Origin: Actinomycetales bacterium
GTDB lineage: Bacteria > Actinomycetota > Actinomycetes > Actinomycetales > Cellulomonadaceae
DNA: 64,000 nucleotides
Assembly: GCA_038252305.1 (NCBI GenBank)
Contig: JBBSAL010000019.1
Coordinates: forward strand, 1,156 to 65,155
Direction: 5' to 3'
Shown: piece after piece, positions 10,611-20,436 of the stretch
How positions within the stretch are numbered: position 1 is the first letter of the stretch
How the letters are laid out: each line of letters opens with the position of its first letter
The notes under the pieces: model-generated
The model's input: only the letters and a program-made list of their open reading frames with translations
Database searches by the model: none
What the model was told of the DNA's origin: nothing
Translations under genes and position numbers: made by a program

Positions 10611-10744
10611 CTCCCCAGCCTAAGGACGAACGACCTCGCCCGCACGCAGTCCTGGACCCCAGATGAGCGGCGATGCGCGGACCTCCTGCATTCGACCCGC
10701 TCCCGGTGGCAGCATCAGAGGCGTCCCGGACGGAGGCCCGGGCC

Positions 10745-11212
10745 TGCATCCACCACGTCGAGCTCGGCGATCCGGAGACCTTCCTCGACCGCCTGTTCCG
10801 CGCGCGTCACGGGCTCCTCGCCGTCCGCACGATGGCGGCACGGTCCCGGGAGATCTACCGACGGGTCGCCAGGCTCGAGCGCTTCGTGCCCGAGGAGAGT
10901 CGTCCGCTGGTGCACGACCTCGGCGACCAGTTCGATCGGATCAGCGGACTCGCGGAGGAGGAGAGGGGCTCCCTGCAGGGGGTCATCGACCTCTACCGCG
11001 CACGGACCGACACGAAGATGATGATCGCTGCCGAACGACTTGCCGTGACCGCGGTCGTCACCCTGCCGATCACCGCCCTCGCCCCGGTGCTCGGCATGAA
11101 CCTCATCGTCAACGACCGCACGACGCCCGTCGCCCTCGTGGTGGTCCTGGTGCTCATGGCGGCGGTGTCCGGCTCGTTGCTGACCTGGGCGAAGCGACGG
11201 GGCTGGTGGTGA
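10745..11212 (+). pseudogene. CorA-family Mg2+ transporter remnant (C-terminal part)
   Basis: RLAVTAVVTLPIT...LGMN signature and two TM helices ending KRRGWW. About half the normal length, with no credible start. Confidence 0.7.
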
Positions 11213-11245
11213 GCGCTCAGGGTTTCGAGCAGAGCAGACCTCTCG

Positions 11246-12154
11246 TCACCAGCCCCACGGATGCAGCGACCCCATTCGTCGCGTCCCGGTGTAGCGGCTG
11301 AACGGGTCTCCGTAGAGTCCTGGGCCGCCGATCTCCACCGCGGTGAGCTGACGGCGCGCCGCCTCGAGCGCGTCGTCCATGAGGCCGACCGTCTGATCGA
11401 AGTCGAACATGGACACGCTCCGCGGACCCGGCGCGTCGAGCACGAGGACCGGGACGGAACGTGTCGCGGTCGAGAGTGCGGTCTCGAGCTGGGCCCGCAG
11501 CTCGAGCGCTGCCACTCGCATGACGACCTCCGCGACGGTCCGGTACGTGCCCGGGGGGCCAGGCACGGTGCAGTCGAGGACGACCATCGAGCCTGCACCC
11601 CGGTCCAGTGCCTCGAGCACGGGCACGTTCGCCACTGCACCACCGTCGACCAGCACGTGCCCGTCGACCGTCACCGGTGGGAACAGCCCAGGGATCGCCG
11701 CGCTCGCCAGCAGCGCGGGCAGCAGCGGCCCGCTGTCGAGCACCCGCCGCACGCCGCTGTCCAGGTCGAGGGTCACCGCGGCCAGCGGGACCACCAGGTC
11801 CTCGAACGTCTCCGCGTGCAGCACCTGCTCCGCGACGTGCTCGATCCCCTCGGGCCCGATCAGGGAGCTCGCAGACTGGGTCAGTCGCCACACCAGGCTC
11901 AGCAGGTTCCGCGGGATGAGGTCCCGGCGCTCCAGGTCGCTCCACACCTCGCGAAGGATCGCCGCTGCCTCGTCAGGGCGCTCGGCGAGCACCGCCCCGT
12001 TGAGGGCACCTACCGACGTCCCCACCACGAGGTCGGGCCGTAGACCGATCTCACCGAGCGCCTGGAGCATGCCGACCTGGACCGCGCCGAGGCTCGCACC
12101 GCCGCCGAGGACGAACGCCACGGGCTGGGGCAGCCGGCCTGCGACGTGCACCAT
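11246..12154 (-). CDS. Patatin-like phospholipase
   Basis: GGGASLG oxyanion loop, GTSVG nucleophile elbow and DGG motif. RBS GGGAGG precedes the ATG. Confidence 0.88.
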   Translation of the reverse strand: MVHVAGRLPQPVAFVLGGGASLGAVQVGMLQALGEIGLRPDLVVGTSVGALNGAVLAERPDEAAAILREVWSDLERRDLIPRNLLSLVWRLTQSASSLIGPEGIEHVAEQVLHAETFEDLVVPLAAVTLDLDSGVRRVLDSGPLLPALLASAAIPGLFPPVTVDGHVLVDGGAVANVPVLEALDRGAGSMVVLDCTVPGPPGTYRTVAEVVMRVAALELRAQLETALSTATRSVPVLVLDAPGPRSVSMFDFDQTVGLMDDALEAARRQLTAVEIGGPGLYGDPFSRYTGTRRMGSLHPWGW

Positions 12155-12417
12155 CTCATGACCTCCCACGGCCCATCCTGCTCGGGTCGACGGCGGACGG
12201 CCTGCGCAAGCGCCTGTCGAGGCGGGGCGGCCGCGGACGTCGGCGATGGCGTCAGGCCCGCCCGCTGCCCCGCCGTGACCTGTGGCCCCACTTGTCGCGT
12301 CGCCCGGCTCGCCGGCCGCACCCGCGCATGAGCGGGCGCTACCGTCGAAGCGCGCTCGACCGCACCCTCGTCGGCCGACATCTGGGCAGGTGACGCCCAG
12401 TCGATCAGCCCACCGAC

Positions 12418-12810
12418 CTACCCCTGAAGGTCGACCAGCACGGCGGCGAGCCGGTGGGATGCGTCGTCCGCGTGCACCTGCAGCCCGGTGAGCCCGGTGA
12501 CCTCCGGCATGAGCGCGGGCTCGAAGACGTGCACGACCGACCGCCCGGAGCCCTCAGACCTGACCACGACGCTGCAGGGAAGCAGGACACCGACGGCGGG
12601 ATCGACCGCCAGCGCACCTTGAGCCAGCTCGGGGTTGCATGCCCCGAGGATCACGTAGGGCTCGATGTCGACGCCGCGCTTCGCCTTGAGCGTCGCCTTC
12701 ATGTCGATCTCGGTGAGGACGCCGAAACCGTGGGCAGCGAGCGCCTCTCGGGTCCGCACGACGGCGTCCTCGTGGGGCATGTCGATGGTGATGGTCCGCT
12801 GATAGACCAC
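12418..12810 (-). CDS. DUF302 domain protein
   Basis: Motifs GFGVLTEID, YVILGACNP and GVLLPC. Confidence 0.85.
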   Translation of the reverse strand: MVYQRTITIDMPHEDAVVRTREALAAHGFGVLTEIDMKATLKAKRGVDIEPYVILGACNPELAQGALAVDPAVGVLLPCSVVVRSEGSGRSVVHVFEPALMPEVTGLTGLQVHADDASHRLAAVLVDLQG

Positions 12811-12923
12811 GAGATCTCCTCACGACGGGGGCCGTCCGCACGAACGCGTCGACACGGCTCGGACGCGGCGCCGCTGACACCTGTCTACCACCGACGGCGG
12901 TCACCTTCGCGACGAGGAACCTG

Positions 12924-13523
12924 TCACTCGACCACGACCGCGCCGCGTTGGAGCCGGGTGAGCGCCCAGTCGAGTGCCACCCCGAGCGTCAGCCCGCCGA
13001 CGACGCCGACCACGACGGCACCCCAGGGGTGGCCCTTGAACCAGGCACCCGCCCCGATGCCGATCGCTGCGGAGTAGACGGCCCACGTCACCGAACCGAT
13101 CGCGGCGAGAGCGACGAACCGGCGTCGGGGATAGCCGAGAGCGCCTGCCGACATGTTGACCGCGACCCGCGCGACCGGGATGAATCGTGCGGCGAGGATG
13201 AAGGACGTCCCGCGGTGCGTGAGCGCCTGCTCCGCCCGCAGCAGGGTGCGACGACCGCGCCCCCGCCGCATGAGCGGCAGCCGGTGCACGTCGATCCGGC
13301 GACCGATCGCGTAGGCGACCTGGTCGCCGACGAAGGCTCCGGCACCCGCCGCCACCATGGTCAACGCGAGGTTAGGCCTGCCGGTCGCCGCCGCCAGTGC
13401 GGTCAGCCCGACGACAGCTGCCTCGCTCGGCATCGGCGGGAAGAACCCGTCGATCACGGCGAAGACGAACATCCCCAGGTACACCAGCGGGGACGCCGCG
13501 ACGGAGAGCAGCCAGGCGTCCAC
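12924..13523 (-). CDS. DedA/VTT family membrane protein
   Basis: Motifs DGFFPPMPSE, GDQVAY and ARFIPVAR. Confidence 0.85.
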   Translation of the reverse strand: MDAWLLSVAASPLVYLGMFVFAVIDGFFPPMPSEAAVVGLTALAAATGRPNLALTMVAAGAGAFVGDQVAYAIGRRIDVHRLPLMRRGRGRRTLLRAEQALTHRGTSFILAARFIPVARVAVNMSAGALGYPRRRFVALAAIGSVTWAVYSAAIGIGAGAWFKGHPWGAVVVGVVGGLTLGVALDWALTRLQRGAVVVE

Positions 13524-13524
13524 C

Positions 13525-14247
13525 TCAGGCGGACGGTTTCCGGGCGAGGAAGACGGTGTTCGTCGCCTCGCGTCCCTGCAGCGGGTTGGCGAAGGACACG
13601 ACCTGGGCGCTGACGTCGACGAACACCTCGCGGAGCACGGCGAGGTACTCCTCGTCCGGCGGATCGTTCGACCACAGCGCGAAGACGCCGCCGGGGTGCA
13701 GGTGCTCGGCGAGTCGCCGGACCCCGTCCACCTCGTAGAAGACGGCATGGCTCGGGTGGAGCAGGTGTCGTGGCGAGTGGTCGATGTCGACCACGACGGC
13801 GTGGAACAACCGGCCGGGGGTCCGCGGGTCGAGCCCGCCCGGTACACCGGCCAGTGCGAAGAAGTCGCCCTCCACGAGCGTGCACCGGACGTCGGCGTTG
13901 AGCACGGCACCGACCGGGACGAGCTCGCGCCGGTGCCAGTCGATCACCTCGCCGAGCCGTTCGACGACGGTGAGCGAGCGGATGCGGGGGTCGGCCAGCA
14001 CCTCTTGCGCGGTGTAGCCCAGCCCGAGGCCGCCGACGACGACGTCGAGGTCCTCGCCCTGGACCTGCGCGAGAGCCAGCCTGGCCACCTCCACCTCGGC
14101 CACCGTGTACAGGCTCGACATGAGGAAGTCCTCGTCGAGCTTGACCTCGTACACGTCGGCACCGGAGAGCGGGTCGCGCCGTCGTCGCAGGCTGATGACA
14201 CCCATCGGCGTGGGTCGCCAGTCGAGCTCTTCCAGACGAGCGCTCAT
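13525..14247 (-). CDS. Spermidine-synthase-like SAM-dependent methyltransferase-fold protein
   Basis: VVGGLGLGYT glycine loop, VDIDHSP and LHPGGVFALWS. Confidence 0.78.
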   Translation of the reverse strand: MSARLEELDWRPTPMGVISLRRRRDPLSGADVYEVKLDEDFLMSSLYTVAEVEVARLALAQVQGEDLDVVVGGLGLGYTAQEVLADPRIRSLTVVERLGEVIDWHRRELVPVGAVLNADVRCTLVEGDFFALAGVPGGLDPRTPGRLFHAVVVDIDHSPRHLLHPSHAVFYEVDGVRRLAEHLHPGGVFALWSNDPPDEEYLAVLREVFVDVSAQVVSFANPLQGREATNTVFLARKPSA

Positions 14248-14338
14248 CGGACTCCCTGCTCCGCCGGCACCTGCCGAAGGGGCGAGTGTCCGTCGACCAC
14301 GCTAGCGGGCACCGGGGTGGGCCGCGTCCGGCCATCGC

Positions 14339-15454
14339 TCAGAGGTGACGCTCCGCCGGTCCGTCGTAGGCGGACAGCGGCCTGATCAGCGTGTTCGACG
14401 CGCGTTGCTCCATGATGTGCGCCGTCCAGCCGGTCAGTCGGCTCGCCACGAAGAGCGGTGTGAAGGTGGCGGTGTCGAAGCCCATGAGGTGGTACGCGGG
14501 GCCCGAGGGGTAGTCGAGGTTCGGGCGGATGTCCTTCCGCGCCAGCATGAGCACCTTCAGCGCAGCGTAGAGCTCGCCCAGGTCCGGACGGTCGTAGTGC
14601 TCGACCAGGGTGTCCAGCGCGGCCTCCATCGTCGGGACGCGCGAGTCGCCGTGCTTGTACACGCGGTGACCGAAGCCCATGACCTTGCGCTTCGCGGCCA
14701 GCGCCTCGTCGAGCCACGCGGAGGCTCCTGCCGCCGTGCCGATCTCGCCGAGCATCACCATCACCGCCTCGTTCGCCCCGCCGTGCAACGGTCACTTGAG
14801 CGCTCCGATGGCTCCGACGACTGCCGACCAGAGGTCCGCGAGGGTCGAGGTGATCACGCGCGCGGTGAAGGTCGAGGCGTTGAACGAGTGCTCGGCGTAC
14901 AGGACGAGCGAGACCCGGAAGGCGTCGACGACCACCGGGTCGGGCACCTCGCCGAAGGTCATGTGCAGGAAGTTCTCCGCGTACGGCAGGTCGTCCCGCG
15001 GCGCGACGACGTCCTGGCCGCGCCGTCGCCGCTGGTCGTAGGCGATCACCCCGGGCACCTGGGCAAGCAGCCGGACGGACGCCGCGAGACTGGCCTCCCG
15101 CGAGGAGTCGTGCACGTCGGGATCCTCCGCGCCCATGACACTGACCGCGGTCCGCAGGACGTCCATCGGATGAGCGGTGGCGGGCATCCGGTCGACGACG
15201 GCCCGCAGCCGGTCGCTCAGGACGCGGTCCGCGCGTTCCTCCGCCTGGAGCCCGGCCAGCTCGGACGCCGTCGGCAGCTCACCGTGCCACAGCAGCCAGG
15301 CGACCTCTTCGAACGAGCAACGCGCCGCCAGCTCCTGGACCGGGTAGCCCCGGTAGAGCAGGGAGTTGCTCGCGGGGTCCACCCGGGACACCGCCGTCGT
15401 GTCGACGACGACGCCCATCAGGCCCTTGTGGACGACGGGCTCGGTCTCGCTCAT
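14339..15454 (-). pseudogene. prpC: 2-methylcitrate/citrate synthase interrupted by an in-frame TGA at 14792-14794
   Basis: Motifs LLYRGYPV, YAEHSFNAST, ALK*PLHGGANE, MGFGHRVYK and PNLDY. Both halves are in the same frame. Located downstream of prpD-prpB. Confidence 0.85.
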
Positions 15455-15470
15455 GCTCGCTCCCTTGCGT

Positions 15471-16385
15471 TCAGCTCGGCTGGGGGTCTCCCGGCACGGT
15501 GAAGTCGAAGACGTTCGCGTCGAACTGCTCGTAGCCGGCGTAGTCCACCAGCTCGTAGAGCCGCGCCCGGGTCTGCATCTGCGGGACCAGCGCGGCAAGC
15601 GTCCCGTCGGCGAGCAGGGTGTCCAGGGACCGTTCCGCCACCCCCATCGCGAGCCGCAGCAGGGAGACCGGGTAAATGACGATGTTCACCCCGACATCGG
15701 CCAGCTGAGCGGTCGTGAACAGGGGCGAGCGGCCGAACTCGGTCATGTTCGCCAGGACCGGGACGTCGACCGCGGCACGGACCGCCTCGAGCTCGCGCAG
15801 GTCCGCCATCGCCTCGGGGAAGATCGCGTCGGCTCCGGCGTCGACGAGTGCCCTTGCCCGGTCCAGGGCCGCCCCCAGCCCGTCGACCGCGCGCACGTCG
15901 GTCCGCGCCATGAGGAGCAGGTTCGGGTCGCGGCGGGCGTCGACTGCAGCCTTGATCCGTGCCGTCGCGGTCGCCGTGTCGACCACGGCCTTGCCGTCGA
16001 GATGACCGCAGCGCTTGGGGTTGACCTGGTCCTCGATGTGCAGGCCCGCGGCGCCGGCGTCCTCCAGGGTCTGCACGGTGCGGGCGACGTTCATCGGTTC
16101 GCCGAACCCGGTGTCCGCATCCACGAGCGTCGGCAGGTCGGTCATCCGCGCGATCTGCCGGCTGCGGTCGGCGACCTCACTGAGCGTCGTCAGTCCCACG
16201 TCCGGCAGCCCGAGGTCGGCGGCGATCACGGCCCCGGAGACGTAGACGCCCTCCAGGCCCTTGTGCTGGATGAGCCGGGCCGAGAGCGGGTTGAAGGCTC
16301 CCGGGAACCGCAGCAGGGTGCCCTGCGCCAGCGCGGCCCGAAGGGCGACCCGCTTGTCGGCCGGGGTGGTCGAGGCGTACAGCAT
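15471..16385 (-). CDS. prpB: 2-methylisocitrate lyase
   Basis: Motifs DADTGFG, EDQ and KRCGH catalytic motif. Confidence 0.95.
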   Translation of the reverse strand: MLYASTTPADKRVALRAALAQGTLLRFPGAFNPLSARLIQHKGLEGVYVSGAVIAADLGLPDVGLTTLSEVADRSRQIARMTDLPTLVDADTGFGEPMNVARTVQTLEDAGAAGLHIEDQVNPKRCGHLDGKAVVDTATATARIKAAVDARRDPNLLLMARTDVRAVDGLGAALDRARALVDAGADAIFPEAMADLRELEAVRAAVDVPVLANMTEFGRSPLFTTAQLADVGVNIVIYPVSLLRLAMGVAERSLDTLLADGTLAALVPQMQTRARLYELVDYAGYEQFDANVFDFTVPGDPQPS

Positions 16386-17920
16386 CAGAAGATCCCCTCG
16401 GGGGTGCTGACGGTGGCGAGCAGCTCGCTCGGCGCCGCGATGGTCAGGCTGCCCAGCTCGGCGGGCCCGAGGTCAGGAAGCCGCTGGGCGACGTCGAGGA
16501 AGCGCTCGACCTCGACCGCGGAGAGCACGCCCTCGCTCAGCGTGCGGAACTTCTCCACGTACTGCGCTCGTCCGAAGGGCCGTGCGCCGAGCGGATGGGC
16601 GTCGGCGACCGCGATCTCCTCTGCGACGGTGCTCCCGTCGGTCAGGGTGACCTCCAGCAGCCCGCCGAAGGCCAGATCGGTGGGGTCGGTCGCGTGGTAG
16701 CGGCGGGTCCACTCCGGGTCCTCGACGGTCGAGATGCGCTGCCAGAGCGCGACGGTGTCGGGACGCGACGCCCGCTCGGGGCGGTAGGAGTCGACGTGGT
16801 GCCATCGACCGTCCTGCAGGGCCACGGCGAGGATGTAGGCGATGGAGTGGTCGAGGGTCTCCCGCGAGGCGGTCGGACTGTACTTCTCCGGGTCGTTCGC
16901 GCCCGATCCGATCACCTTGTGGGTGTGGTGGCTCGTGTGGAGCACGATCGACCGCACCCGCTCCGGGTCGCCGAGCTCGGGCCGCTCGCGGTGCAGTCGG
17001 CGCGCCAGGTCGATGAGCGCCTGCGACTGGTACTCCGCCGAGTGCTCCTTCGTGTACGTGTCCAGGATTGCCCGCCGCGGCTCCCCCGGTCCCGGCAGGC
17101 GCAGCATGTATCGCGCGTCGGGGCCGTCCAGGAGCCGGGCGATCACCCCGTCCTCGCCCTCGTAGATGGGCGTCGGTGAGGTCTGCCCGCGCATCGCCCG
17201 GTCGACAGCCTCGATCGCAACCTTGCCTGCGAAGGCCGGCGCGTAGGCCTTCCAGGTCGAGATCTCCCCCTTACGTGACTGGCGGGTCGCCGTCGTCGTG
17301 TGCAACGCCTGCCCGATGGCGTGGAAGATCGTCGGCACGTCGAGCCCGAGGAGCGTGCCCAGGCCCGCCGCGACGGCCGGCCCGAGGTGCGCGACATGGT
17401 CGATGGCGTGCCGGTGCAGGCTGATCGCGCGCGCCAGGTCGACCTGCACCTCGTAGGCCGTGACGACGGAGCGGACGAGATCGGCCCCGGTGAGGTCGTC
17501 GCGGCCGCCACGTCGCGCACGGTGCTGAGCCACGGCCACGATCGGCGGGATGGTGTCGCCCGGGTGGGAGTACTCCGCCGCCAGGAAGGTGTCGTGGAAG
17601 TCGAGCTCACGGACGGCGACCCCGTTGGCCCAGGCCGCCCACTCGGGGCTCACCCGCGTCTGGAGGGTGCTCCCGAAGACGGTGGACCCCGGCAGGTAGG
17701 GGTGCGCCAGCGCCTGAGCGCGAGCAGCGGCGACGGGAGCGCGCGTCAGCGAGGCCGCCGCGACCGCCGCGTTGTCGATGACGCGATTGATCACCATGTC
17801 GACGACGTCCGGTTCGGGATCGACCCGCTCGGCAGCGAGTCGGGCGAGCTGCCAGGCGAGCTGCTCCTCGCGTGGGAGCACCTCGGCGCTCGGGTGCGTG
17901 CGGACGACGTGGGTGATCAT
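16385..17920 (-). CDS. prpD: 2-methylcitrate dehydratase (MmgE/PrpD)
   Basis: Motifs [29 protein letters not shown] and RETLDHS. Confidence 0.93.
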   Translation of the reverse strand: MITHVVRTHPSAEVLPREEQLAWQLARLAAERVDPEPDVVDMVINRVIDNAAVAAASLTRAPVAAARAQALAHPYLPGSTVFGSTLQTRVSPEWAAWANGVAVRELDFHDTFLAAEYSHPGDTIPPIVAVAQHRARRGGRDDLTGADLVRSVVTAYEVQVDLARAISLHRHAIDHVAHLGPAVAAGLGTLLGLDVPTIFHAIGQALHTTTATRQSRKGEISTWKAYAPAFAGKVAIEAVDRAMRGQTSPTPIYEGEDGVIARLLDGPDARYMLRLPGPGEPRRAILDTYTKEHSAEYQSQALIDLARRLHRERPELGDPERVRSIVLHTSHHTHKVIGSGANDPEKYSPTASRETLDHSIAYILAVALQDGRWHHVDSYRPERASRPDTVALWQRISTVEDPEWTRRYHATDPTDLAFGGLLEVTLTDGSTVAEEIAVADAHPLGARPFGRAQYVEKFRTLSEGVLSAVEVERFLDVAQRLPDLGPAELGSLTIAAPSELLATVSTPEGIF

Positions 17921-18039
17921 CAAGCCGCTCCGATGCGGTGACGGTGCCGGTGGTGGTGGTGCACGGTGCCCACCCTGCCAGTCGCCGGACGTTCGCGGCA
18001 CCCGGGGCAGGTCGTCGGCCACGTCCCCCGCACCGGGTC

Positions 18040-18072
18040 GTGACCAGCACCCCCCCTGCGGGTGCTGGTCAC
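18040..18072. promoter_or_regulatory. Perfect 13-bp inverted repeat upstream of prpD
   Basis: GTGACCAGCACCC-N7-GGGTGCTGGTCAC, extendable by CCGGG/CCCGG. Confidence 0.5.
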
Positions 18073-18400
18073 CCCGGCACTGCCTCGGGATCTCCGCGCT
18101 CCGTCCGGCCGGGACGTGCCCTCCGGCCGAGTCGTGATCTCCTGACACCACTGTGACGCATCCCGGTGACCTGGCGTGCCCGCACACCGCGCCGGAGCCG
18201 TTCGACCTTGTCCGACGATCACCCCGTCCCGTGCTGGACGCGTGCACGAAGCGCCGCCGACATGCTGGGTCGCCGCGGGCGGGTCGCCGAGGGCACCAGC
18301 TCCTACTTGACCTCGGTCGGGTGGGCACCTCCGCCCTGCGACGTCGCAGCCGGTGGCCTAGCGTTCAGTGCACGCGCTCGCGTTCCCGTCTGGAGGCTTG

Positions 18401-20074
18401 ATGACGCCGTCCCACCTGCGCGGCCGCTACCTGCGCATCCTCGGCTTCTTCGCCGCGGTCATCGCACGCTTCATCTGGTGGGATCTCGTCCTGCCCCGGA
18501 TCGGCTTCCGCGGCCGGTCACGGCGCACCCGAGTCGAACGCTCCCGGCGCGAGGCCGCCCGGTTCCGGCTGCTCGCCATCCGGATGGGGGGCGTCATGAT
18601 CAAGATCGGCCAGTTCCTCTCCTCCCGCCTCGACGTGCTCCCGCGCGAGGTCACCGATGAGCTCGCCGATCTGCAGGACGAGGTCCCAGCGGAGGACTTC
18701 GCGGCGATCAGGGAGCTGGCCGAGGCCGAGCTCGGCGCGCCGCTCGAGACCTTGTTCGCCCGCGTCGACCCGGTGCCGCTGGCCGCCGCGTCCCTCGGCC
18801 AGGTCCACCGCGCCATCCTCGGCGAGGAGCACGACACGGAGTTCAGGGCAGTCGTGCTCAAGGTCCAGCGGCCGGGCATCGCCGCGATCGTCACGACCGA
18901 CCTCTCGGCACTGAGCCGGGTCGGCGGTTGGCTGATGCACTACCGGCCGATCCGCACCCACGCCGACGTCCCCTCGCTGCTCCGCGAGTTCTCGGTGATC
19001 CTGCACGAGGAGATCGACTACCGGCACGAGGCCGACAGCGCCGAGACCTTCCTGACGAACTTCGCCGACGACCCGCAGGTGCAGGTCCCGCGGGTGGTTC
19101 GTGCCCTGAGCACGCGACGGGTCCTCACGCTGGAGGACGTCTCCGCGATCAAGATCACCGACTACGCCGCGCTCACCGCTGCCGGCATCGACCGGACGGC
19201 CGTCGCCGAGCGGCTGCTCGCGGCCTACCTCAAGCAGATCTTCGAGGACGGCTTCGTGCACGCCGACCCGCACCCGGGGAACCTCTTCATCACTCCGCTG
19301 CCCCGCGAGGGCGACGAGCCCACACCGTGGCGCTTGACCTTCGTGGACTTCGGGATGGTCGTGCAGGTTCCCGAGAGCGTCCGCGGCAGCCTGCGCGAGC
19401 TGCTCATCGCCGTCGGGACGCGGGACGCCGCGCGCGTGGTCAAGGCGTACCGGATGCTCGACATGCTCCTTCCGGGGGCCGACATCGCCGCGATCGAGCG
19501 TGCGGAGGCTCAGGTCTTCGACCGGTACTGGGGACTGTCGATGAGCGAGCTGCGCAACATCGACCCGCAGGAGGTGCGCGACTTCGCCCATCAGTACCGC
19601 GATCTGCTGCTCGACCTGCCCTTCCAGGTGCCGCAGAACCTCATCTACGTGGTACGTACCGTGTCGATCCTCTCCGGGATGTGCACCGGGCTCGACCCGG
19701 AGGTGAACCTCTGGGAGCAGATCAGCCCCTTCGCCCGCCGCCTCGTCGAGGACGAGGCCGGCACGGGGATCGGCCTGTGGCTCGACCAGATCGGCGACGC
19801 CCTCCTCGCCCTGCTCGCGCTGCCGACCCAGGCGAGCCGCGTCCTCGGCCGGATCGAGTCCGGGGGGCTGCCGGTGCGCGACGAGCAGGCAGGCAGGGCA
19901 CTGCGCTCGGTCAGCCGTTCGGTCGACCGGCTCACCGGAGCGGTGCTGGCCGGCGCGCTGCTGGTGGCCGGTTCCGTACTGGTCGCGGCTGACCGCAGTG
20001 GCGCGGGCGGCGCGCTGATGGCGCTGTCCGCCTTGGCGCTGCTCTGGGTCCTGGGCGGCGGACGACGACGGTAG
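18401..20074 (+). CDS. ABC1/AarF/UbiB atypical protein kinase family
   Basis: Motifs KIGQFLS, AAASLGQVH, KVQRPG, HADPHPGN and DFGMV, with C-terminal TM helices. Confidence 0.92.
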   Translation: MTPSHLRGRYLRILGFFAAVIARFIWWDLVLPRIGFRGRSRRTRVERSRREAARFRLLAIRMGGVMIKIGQFLSSRLDVLPREVTDELADLQDEVPAEDFAAIRELAEAELGAPLETLFARVDPVPLAAASLGQVHRAILGEEHDTEFRAVVLKVQRPGIAAIVTTDLSALSRVGGWLMHYRPIRTHADVPSLLREFSVILHEEIDYRHEADSAETFLTNFADDPQVQVPRVVRALSTRRVLTLEDVSAIKITDYAALTAAGIDRTAVAERLLAAYLKQIFEDGFVHADPHPGNLFITPLPREGDEPTPWRLTFVDFGMVVQVPESVRGSLRELLIAVGTRDAARVVKAYRMLDMLLPGADIAAIERAEAQVFDRYWGLSMSELRNIDPQEVRDFAHQYRDLLLDLPFQVPQNLIYVVRTVSILSGMCTGLDPEVNLWEQISPFARRLVEDEAGTGIGLWLDQIGDALLALLALPTQASRVLGRIESGGLPVRDEQAGRALRSVSRSVDRLTGAVLAGALLVAGSVLVAADRSGAGGALMALSALALLWVLGGGRRR

Positions 20075-20101
20075 CCGGCACGGCCGCCCGAGGAGAGCCG
20101 C

Positions 20102-20326
20102 TCAGGCCTCGGCACGCCTCTCGTCGATCCGGCGCAGGGCCGCGTCGATCGCCTCGCGGCCGGCGAGGAGCATCTCGCGCCGGGCGCCGTCACGGTGCTC
20201 GAAGAAGGCGGGGGGCAGGAAGCTCTCCATCCCCTTGCGCATCTCGGCACGCGCCGCGTCCATGTGCTGACGGACGTCTTCGGGGACCTGTGCGCGGAAC
20301 GCGTCCCGGGCTCTGCTCTCGGTCAT
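20102..20326 (-). CDS. Small helical hypothetical protein (74 aa)
   Basis: Fills the intergenic gap, has RBS GAGGAG, an upstream TAGAAT and amphipathic composition. Confidence 0.6.
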   Translation of the reverse strand: MTESRARDAFRAQVPEDVRQHMDAARAEMRKGMESFLPPAFFEHRDGARREMLLAGREAIDAALRRIDERRAEA

Positions 20327-20436
20327 GGCCGACTCCTCGTTGGGGGCTTCATTCTAGGCATCGCCCTCGCCGGAGCGCCGCCCGAGCCGCGGCGCGCCCG
20401 GTTCGCGCAGAGCGCCCGGCTCAGTAGCCTCAGCCC

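Noticed and set aside
14792-14794. TGA recoding (Gly or selenocysteine) in prpC
   Set aside because: TGA is the normal stop throughout the window, and the position is a Gly, not a Cys.
17930-18200. Cobalamin riboswitch before prpD
   Set aside because: I could not find the GGGAA or GCCACTG core elements on the coding strand.
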